From Eledone cirrhosa (taxonomy: Eukaryota), in NCBI GenBank assembly GCA_964016885.1, contig OZ024743.1, forward strand, positions 13,206,001-13,270,000: DNA of 64,000 bases. The letters are read 5' to 3'. Shown here piece after piece: positions 55,524 to 64,000 of this stretch. The position numbers and the translations under genes are program-made. The notes beneath the pieces are model-generated. The model saw nothing but the letters and a program-made list of their open reading frames with translations, ran no database searches and was not told where the DNA came from. The stretch's first letter is position 1; each line of letters starts with the position of its first letter.

Positions 55524-55702
55524 GGCAGTATCGGTAGAAGTTCGGACGCCATGATTTACAGCATAGAGTTACGGTCCTTTACGGCCTGAGTTCAACTCCC
55601 GCCGAGGTTGACTTTGCCTGTTATCCTTACGGGGTCGATAAAATAAAGTACCAGTAATGTACTGAGATAATTGCTGGCCTTGTGCCAAAAGTAGAAACAA
55701 TT
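55524..55702 (+). mobile_element. SINE family S1
   Basis: Homologous to 8028-8212. Confidence 0.85.
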
Positions 55703-55869
55703 ATTTTTACAGTTTTAAATTTTGTATTGTTTATTTATCATTTTCTAGTGGTCGGGATAAATTTGCCATTGGGTTTCGTTCATTTCCATTCAATTATTTA
55801 TAACTGGTTTTTGCTGTTTGTTTAATATTGCTTCTTTTATTCGAGGGTGCTTACGTTTCCTGCCGTGGC

Positions 55870-56600
55870 CAGTCTGGTAGTAGTTAAGCTTTGAAGTTCT
55901 GGTCCTTATTGCATTTATTGATATCCCTCCGAAACGATGAAACATCTATAGTGATGCGCTCTTTTATTCAGATGTATGGAGGCCGATGTAATATTCATTG
56001 CATTGTATAGGGTACACAATGTGTGCACTTTGTCATTCGCCTATATTGTGGGTGGGACGCAGGATCATGCATAGGAAATTTCTCGACATGCAACCGGGCA
56101 CCTAGAGACTTTCTCTGCAGAGATGCATATCCACGAAGCAACCACATCCCAGGTATAATATTTGCACTCGATACATATGCTGTTAACAATCGACTGAAAA
56201 GGGAGATTTTCTTCGAAATATATCGTACCTCTTTTCCCCACCACTTCTTTTATTCATTTTTCCCCTTCTTCTTTTTATCTGACTTATTTCATTATTCACT
56301 GCCCTATGTGCACTTTAACGGTTTCAAAAACCTACCAAACCACCTATTCTATCTTGTTTCTAGTTTTGAAGCTTTTTATTGTTGTTTGTTTGCGTACTCA
56401 CCTTGCTGTTCTAGTCGAAAGGCACGTGTTGTCTTGTGTCATATGAATCATTCTGGTGGTGGATGGTTCTAGGCCGTGATGCAAACTCTACTCAATATTA
56501 TGTAATTCTCCTCTTATGTCGAAATTTGAATACTCAGGGATATGGCTGTGCAGAAGATTGGGATTTTTGTTAAAACGCCCCTTGTATTTCGAATTTTTCC
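55870..56600 (-). mobile_element. Possible decayed PLE endonuclease region (Neptune-like)
   Basis: Fragments SANII..GC and HPQYR..H across frameshifts. Confidence 0.3.
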
Positions 56601-56720
56601 TCATGTGAAAATTTGTAATAGGAATAAAATATATATATACATATATAAACAAATATATATACACACACACACGCACAATCACACACATATACACACATAC
56701 GCACTAACACACACGTACCT

Positions 56721-56761
<41 letters not shown>

Positions 56762-57599
56762 AATTCTTTAGAAGGAGGTCAGTTATATTTTAAATTATTT
56801 TTCAAGAAGAGAAACTCATTCATAGATTGAGAAAATTGTGTCACAATAAAAGTATTTTAAATTTCATTGGTTTTATGTATATATATAAATACCATCCACT
56901 ATTTCCAAGAAAAGTGTTTCAAGTTATGTCTGAATGGACAAATGATTCTACGGATGGGTGCGTAGATAGCTATCAGGCAATTACTCAGCAAAGTCGATGG
57001 TTTGTTCAGTGTCTTTGTTATATGTTTATAATCTTGTGTACACATCTCCAATAGCTCTGTCTACATTTCTAGTTTTATTTATATCACAATTTTAGAACAA
57101 TGGCGGCCTTGCAAACATGCTATCAGCTTTCTAATCTCTGCTTTGTTGCAATTCAGAAGAATTTCAAAACACTGTGCATAACGCACCATTTAGTCATTTC
57201 ATTTTTCTCGTAGATATGTATAACTTAAGTCGATGTAAAAAAACACACGTACACACAAACAGATGTACCACAAACACACACACACACACGCACGCATATA
57301 TGTGTATGAGTGTGTGTGTGCGTGTGCATGTGTGTGTGTGTGTATCGATTTGGAAAGTAAAGTTATAAATTAACTCAAATATATATGAAATGCAATGGTA
57401 GACAGAAATCCGTACGTTAACAAAAGCCTGGTCACGTTACATTTCAAATTTAGTGATTCGCATTTATTATTTGATATTTGATATTAGTTTATCTCTATAT
57501 TTATTATTAACCTGTGGGAACAGTTTAAACTTTCTCATGTACGCTATGTAATGTATATATACACCTATGTGGCTGTGTCCCCATTACTGCTTTCTAAAT

Positions 57600-57763
57600 C
57601 ACAAGCAGTCATTAGTAACAGTGGGCGCATGGTCTCCTATTTCGATTTCATCTCCAGAGATTCTGGTATTGAAATTCAGGACTTAGCAACGGCAATGAAC
57701 GACAGACCCATGTGGGGATCAATTGTTGAGTCCATTTCGGCCGAGGCTGCCGGATGATGTTGA
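57600..57763 (+). mobile_element. RTE LINE extreme 3' end
   Basis: ISRDSGIEIQDLATAMNDRPMW followed by a gat tail. Confidence 0.65.
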
Positions 57764-57820
57764 TATATACATGCGTACATTCAGCCATCCATACAATATA
57801 TATATATATATATATATATA

Positions 57821-57932
57821 TAGGAACTAGTAGGACCCCTACTCGTTCCTATTAACCACTCTACTACCCTAAGTATTGAGTACTTTGGTGCGTTATGGTC
57901 CACCTGGTTCCTTACCACTTTTCCTTCGTTAT
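57821..57932 (+). mobile_element. Fold-back family A, short copy
   Basis: Tail is identical in type; very short inverted arm. Confidence 0.8.
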
Positions 57933-58082
57933 ATATATATATATATATGTATGAATAACATATATATCAGTGTTGTAGTTTGCTTGAAGCATTCTTGAAT
58001 AGGAAACACAAATTTAAATAATTTGTATGATTTTCAAACTTATTTAAATGTGTGTTTCATATATATGTATGTATATATATGT

Positions 58083-58148
58083 AAGTATGTATGTATACGT
58101 ACATACATATATGTATACAGACGTACAGTAGCATGCACACATATATAC

Positions 58149-58225
<77 letters not shown>

Positions 58226-58372
58226 CATACACATATGCATACAGGTACACATACATATATGCACGCATCAGTTTAGCCGGCGTTTATTATAACGCCGGCC
58301 GCTTTGTTCGTTTGTTTGTCAACAAAGCGAACAGCCTGAATTTATGCCATACGGTGTTAAGGCAACCACGTC
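58083..58372 (-). mobile_element. Diverged fragment of the retrozyme-like family (no HHR included)
   Basis: cgtacatacatatatgtatacagacgtacagtag matches 9597-9630; tttattataa..tgtttgt..aacaaa..gcaacca is colinear with 9690-9757. Confidence 0.6.
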
Positions 58373-58373
58373 A

Positions 58374-58406
<33 letters not shown>

Positions 58407-58420
58407 TATATATATATATA

Positions 58421-60060
58421 TAGAAGTGGTTACACAACAGTTAGTTCACCAAACCGAGAACAATTGTTTCACCTTCACGGATCTTCAGCTCGGGATGTGT
58501 ATGGTTATAGGAACAGGAAGGACAACCGTACGTACGCGCATGCGCAGAAACTCGGTCACTTCACACAGGCAATACTAGACTGCGTGCGGGAGGTATAAGG
58601 GAGCTAACTACGAAAGTCCGGAGAGTTTTTAGGTTGAAAATAAAATAAAAAAATTAACAATAAAATTACAAAGAATCAGTCCGGAGCCTTGTAGTTATGC
58701 AATAGATGTTTGGTGACGTGTGGACAACGTGTGAAAAATTCACTTCTCGTGTTTAGGCAATCACTATTGCGTAATCTCTTTAGGATAGTTATTCGTTCGT
58801 CAATACATAAGCCACACGTCGGATTTCCCCTTGCGTATGGCTTGGACTTAGTGATGGCTTTCCATTGAATGGAGTAGCCTATACTTGAGTCCTTGAGGGA
58901 CCATACGTGGCTCGCGAGTTTCGTGGATGAACGTCTGTCCGGGTATCTGAAGATAGACTGGTGGTTCAGGAAACGCTCCTTGAATCTCCATGCCCACATA
59001 GGATTTGACCTCCTGTGGTTCGTTTGGTCGGTTGAAGGTGACCACAGCTTCATAGATTACAGCTGGCGTGTTGCATTGCTGTTGAAGGGGGCAAGCTTCT
59101 GGCTTACGGCAAGAGCACCCTGGTGGGGTGTTGTTCCTAGGGCTGCTGGTGATGTGGGCCTTCATGTTCTTAGCGCAGGAGTATCCTAGTTTAACTTTGT
59201 GTCGGTTAAAGATGGAGCGGTATTTATGACCTATGGGGAAGTGTCTATCTAAGAGGGCTAGAAATGTTTTTCCTACATTGGTTTTAACGTTGAGTTTAAT
59301 GGAGGAGAGAACCAGATAGTTTGTCTAAGGATGCCCTTACTTTTCTTAATGGTGTTGTTGCTAGTGGGAGAGTCGGTGATAGGTTGTGAGAAGCTGCTGT
59401 TAGCCAACGCTGTGTTATAGTAGGGTGCCGCCCTGTCAAAGATAGCCTTATTAGAGGAGAGGTTTGAGATTCTAGTACTGATATTCTTAACGAAGTTTCT
59501 AAAAACAGTGGCAGCGTGGCATGAGTCCTAGTGAATGTAATTAAGTTTCTCGTTTAGCTTGTGGAAGGGTCTGTGTGTGTGTGTGCGAAGGTCTAAATTA
59601 ATGTCTAAGAAATCTACGCTAGAGAGGTTGGTGGCTACTGTTATCTTAAGGCCTAACCCATTGAAGGTAGAAGCTAAGTCTTTTTTAAACGGGTCGAGGT
59701 CGTGACCACTTTTATGGTTCGATAAAGTCAGTCCATCGTCACGGTATATTCCCGTGTGGAAGTCCGTGAATCTAACACGTAATATGTCTAAGATAAAAAG
59801 GCCAACCAAGTCACATAGGTCAGCACTGTCAAACGATCCCATGGAGACGTCGAACAGGTCTGAAGATGTAGACTTCTTTGCCCAGGCTACTCCGTTGTTG
59901 AAGAGGAGGGTTTCCGGCAGTGAGCGATGATTTCCCTGTTTAAACCATCGACGGTGGTATAAGTGGTAGCGAAGTCCAACGCTTTGTTTAACAGGGTCTC
60001 TGAGATCGACGGGTAAAAATCGACAATGTCAAACTGTGTGAACTTCGCTTTTTTGGTAAT
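58421..60060 (-). mobile_element. Naiad-type Penelope-like retroelement (RT + CxCx5C + GIY-YIG), 5'-truncated and frameshifted
   Basis: FDIVDFYPSISE, MGSFDSADLCDLVGLFIL, IYRDDGL, CSCRKPEACPL, VIYEAVV..YVG, FKERFLNH, CGLCIDE, LNTRSE..RCPH; stop at 58676. Confidence 0.93.
58454..58493 (-). ncRNA. Minimal hammerhead in the Naiad 3' terminal repeat
   Basis: CCGAG-CUGAAGA-UCC GUGAA GGU-GAAA-CAAUUG-UU-CUCGG. Confidence 0.85.
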
Positions 60061-60144
60061 ATTTTCGTCATATTGTTGTAATAATATTACCAGATTTAAT
60101 AACAGAACACACCCACTGTTTGGTTACTTTGCGCTTCATGTTTC

Positions 60145-60444
60145 TGCAGAAACATGACAACAACATACATAGGCGAGACAGCTCGTAGCATAGGTGAAAG
60201 GATAGACCAACACTAAAAGGACGAAAACACGGTTCAGTACTATACGAACACGCCAGACAACAACATGACCGTAACATAGACAACATAGAAATTAAAATAA
60301 TATCTAAACATAGAAATGACCCAGCAGATAGGCAAATCAGAGGGGCAAGTGAAATAGAACTTAGAAGGCCAAAGCTAAACAGAAAAAATTGAATGGAATA
60401 GAAACAACACCCAAACAAACAATACTGACCTAAGAGAAATATAA
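60145..60444 (+). pseudogene. PLE GIY-YIG endonuclease C-terminus (two frameshifts)
   Basis: TYIGETARSIGERIDQH / GSVLYEHARQQH..DPADRQIRGASEIELRRPKLNRK / IEW; absent from the ORF track. Confidence 0.85.
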
Positions 60445-60665
60445 ATAAATAAATAAATATATACACAAGCACAATAACAACAAACACATATAAACACACA
60501 CTAGTAAACTAAGATAGAATACAATAACCAAAACACAGTCACCCAAACGCGAACACACACCAAACACTATACACACACGCAAACGCATGCGCAGAGAAGA
60601 AGACAAAAAATAAGTAAATAAACAGATTAAATAAAGGTGGCGTAGATACAGCAGCAGGAACATAA

Positions 60666-60712
60666 TAGCACCACTGACGATGTTGCAGATGTGCAACGAA
60701 AGAACTTTGTTA
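60666..60712 (+). ncRNA. Hammerhead-like ribozyme, family B
   Basis: CA-CUGACGA-U-GUUGCA GAUG UGCAAC-GAAA-GAAC-UU-UG. Confidence 0.6.
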
Positions 60713-60902
60713 GACTATATATATGTGTTTGTGTCTATATTATATCTGTATGTTTGACCGTTGGTCAGTCAATGTTAAACATTGAGGACCGAATGAATTA
60801 GCTGATATAAAATATACAGAAGCGAAAACCAAACAAACAGTGAGTGTGTTCTGTTATTAATTCTGGCAATATTATTACAACAATATGACCCTCCCCAAAT
60901 AT

Positions 60903-60934
<32 letters not shown>

Positions 60935-61028
60935 GGATGGATTAATGAATGTACCTATGTATATATACAATACATAGCGTACACGAGAAACTTTAAACTG
61001 TTCACACAAGTTAATGATAAATATACAC

Positions 61029-61109
<81 letters not shown>

Positions 61110-64000
61110 TATGTACATGAACACGAGGATTAATTGTAAGACAGTATTCTCACCCACTAATCTAAAATATGAGACCAATACACCTATATTATCAACAGAT
61201 TAACATATGGAAACTTTAAAATACAATTTCATCAATTAAAACACCCAGTGTTCTCCTAGTTTACCACATAAAAATTGCTTAATACAAATCTACATCTAAG
61301 TCAGAACTGTACTGTTTAAAATTCCGTGGACAATTCGTTGGTCATGAAAACGTTAAAGTACTCACAATTTCAGAATAGAAACATCCAATATTCACATGTA
61401 CAATGTACAGAAATATATGTATACACAGACACAAGGACAATCAGACGCACACACACACATTATATATATATACATCTCTCTCTACATACACACACACACA
61501 CATATATATATACTTATATATTGACATGCTCTCCAAGAATACAGCAAAATACTTACACAAGAGCACGCTGATGGGAAAGATACAGAAAAAAGCAACCTTC
61601 TGCAAGGAAAATATCAACATCAGCTTCAAACGTACTAAATAAGTTATCTAGACAATTTTTAAACATAAAACAATTGATTATTAAAAGAAAAGAGGGGGAA
61701 TTGAACTAAGGTAAGATGGATGAGAAATCATCTAAATTGTGGTGTATTCAGGTAGTTGAAAGAAAGATTCTTTAGGATCACGCAGGGAAATCTCCTGTCT
61801 AAATTATGTTGTGGTAAAGGACATCTGTTACTTCCAGCCACTTCCTATTGACCTGAGATTAAAGAACACTTACCTTTAGCAACTGATACGCTTTTCAAAT
61901 ATATTATTAGGGCTCATACCTGATGCTTTGGTTTTCACATTCTCAAACCAAATGGATACTATGCAAATAAGTCATAATCAATTCGGAGTGTATAAGAATA
62001 TATTAGATGATGAGAAATTCCATCAATTATCCTCACAACTAATTACTTCGCCGTTTCAGGGATCACAACTCTCTTGCAGTTTCCATTAGTTTTTCTCTCT
62101 ACATATATACTATACGAATACATCATATGGTACAATGATATTAATGCAAAACATATTAACTACCATCCTGTAAATGAATTGCAATTGTATATTCTAGATC
62201 ACCAATTCTTTTGACAAAATTTGGTGTTGTGAATCCTTGAAATATATTCTGCACACGAAGTGCAAATATTTTGTAATTATTAAATTAACCTTATGGGATT
62301 CATGAAAGAGAACGCAAAATATCCCTTATTTTGTTCACCTACCTATATTAATTGAGCCCATTTCAATATCGTGGATAATGTTCGCTGTCTTTAGTGTCTA
62401 GAATGTATAAACATCATGATTCGAAGCAGTGTTGTTTATATCCTTTATTTGTGGAAGTTATGCTTTCTGCAATCCCTACGTACTGGTACGGATTTTATGC
62501 TTCTGTTATAATTACATAGATCATAGATGACAAATAATCATGTAAACATTTTGCCTTCGAGTTGAAGTCATTACATAGACACTTGATCCGGTAAAAATAA
62601 TAACTAAATCACTTTAAAATAACATTTAACCTTCCTCAGAATACGAAAGATACATTGGATAAGCTAATCATAAATACACGATGACTGCCATGGTTCAGTC
62701 CTCTTTCTAACACTTTTGATCATTTATTTAGTAAATCGGATCTGATCCGTGTTGCAAAACGCCACGTCAATTTACTGATATTTTGTTGTTGCTTCTTAAA
62801 ATAAGAGAATTTGAAATAGTAAGAAGGTAGTAATAGTAAATAGGATAATATATATCATATTGTTGGGATACATTAGCCCCTGTAGACTAAAGGACCATGG
62901 GTTTTACTTAATGAGATCAACTAATAACTGACTGTGACGTCAATCTTCAATGGAGAATGTCTTATTTGTTTATTTGATTTGATACACATTTACCCCCCCC
63001 CCCCCTTCATGTGTAGACTTCGAAATGTTATTTTCATTTCTTCTTTACATTAATTATTTATGTATTGTGGTGTGCAGGGTTGGTATAAGTAATATGTGCA
63101 GCCATGACCTGCTTTTAGATGTTTCTTCCGCTATTTTGCAAACCCACAAGTTTATCTATCCACAAATCCTGAACTATCAATTCATTCATTTATAACATAT
63201 ATCTGCGTGTTTATGATTAAGGTTTATTGTACAATGTTTTATTATTAATAAAAAGAAAGAGCATGACATAAAGTATCATCCAATAGCTTTCAAATCCAGT
63301 GTTACTGGAGGAGTTTCAATGCTATATGTACTGCTAATTGTTCAAAGCTCAATAGCATATAGTGATCACTATGTTGTCAGGTAATGGAAATTTCAACAGA
63401 AATTATTAACAGAAATGCTGATTTTTCAATATTTGTTTAAACGATTACTGTCTTTTCAATTTTACTTTCCCTGCGTTGCTTACGCAAATGTTATCACAAA
63501 TGCTTTTAAATTCATACTGTACTCCACTTCTTTAATAAAAAATGTAACTATCCTACATAATCAGTCTGGGCTCATTGTTGATCGTGGAGGTATCTTGTTC
63601 ACCTTATATTTAGAAAACATTCCCTCCTCTTGTAATATATAACTAAAAGTTACAAATATTTTTAATCAATTACAATATTAGGCACACTACCAGCCAATTT
63701 ATTGAAAAAAAATAATTCAAAAATATCATTTGGATATCTCATAGCTACAATTTTACCCCTCGTAGGGTTTCCTCTTATTTGGCAATTGTAGTGAATTAGT
63801 GTCAGAATTGCTTTCGTATCCTGGAGTTGAAACCAGTTTTTGACAGGTTTCGAGTATCTTTATGCATATTCTCTGTGCTAATTTAGTAATATTATACAAG
63901 AAGTTACATACGACTTACTCTTTCCATTTGTTCACATATTTCATTGACTGAAGCTTTAATTGTATACAGAAGTGGGGCATTCTATTTAATACGTAAATAT

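Larger units (their letters stand above)
60068..60908 (+). mobile_element. Second PLE (family B): inverted 5' cap 60068-60137, GIY-YIG remnant, 3' repeat with HHR, (TA)n end
   Basis: 60068-60137 mirrors 60818-60888; homologous to 7249-8010. Confidence 0.85.

Noticed and set aside
58676-59165. Selenocysteine recoding, as reported for some Naiad elements
   Set aside because: The CxCx5C and C-terminal Cys/His positions are ordinary Cys codons here and at 8772-9371; no in-frame UGA at these sites.
61000-64000. Host gene exons (isolated splice-donor-like GGTAAG sites)
   Set aside because: No supporting ORF or recognisable peptide; small exons cannot be excluded without transcript data.

Overview
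AT-rich eukaryotic non-coding DNA with no recognisable host gene. Most of the supplied ORFs are translations of (TA)n, (CA)n or (GA)n microsatellites. The SINE and microsatellite content resembles a cephalopod (octopus-type) genome; this is inferred, not database-checked. The window is a mosaic of mobile elements: RTE LINE fragments, tRNA-derived SINEs, a deleted mariner, a non-coding LTR element, two Naiad-type Penelope-like elements (PLEs), a further PLE GIY-YIG remnant, and many short fold-back PLE-like ends inside (TA)n tracts. Reading both strands by eye gave about 17 hammerhead ribozyme (HHR) motifs, some intact and some degenerate, including U3-A8 core variants. The main candidate system is a non-coding family of 420-466 nt tandem units at 9.5-10.6 kb and 22.35-23.2 kb, with a fragment at 58.1-58.4 kb. 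Each full unit carries one type-I HHR with a long helix I, and the two main loci end at the same TTTAT junction into (TA)n. This fits a retrozyme (circular-RNA-producing) family probably mobilised by PLEs. All folds and alignments were done by hand, and novelty needs database checks.
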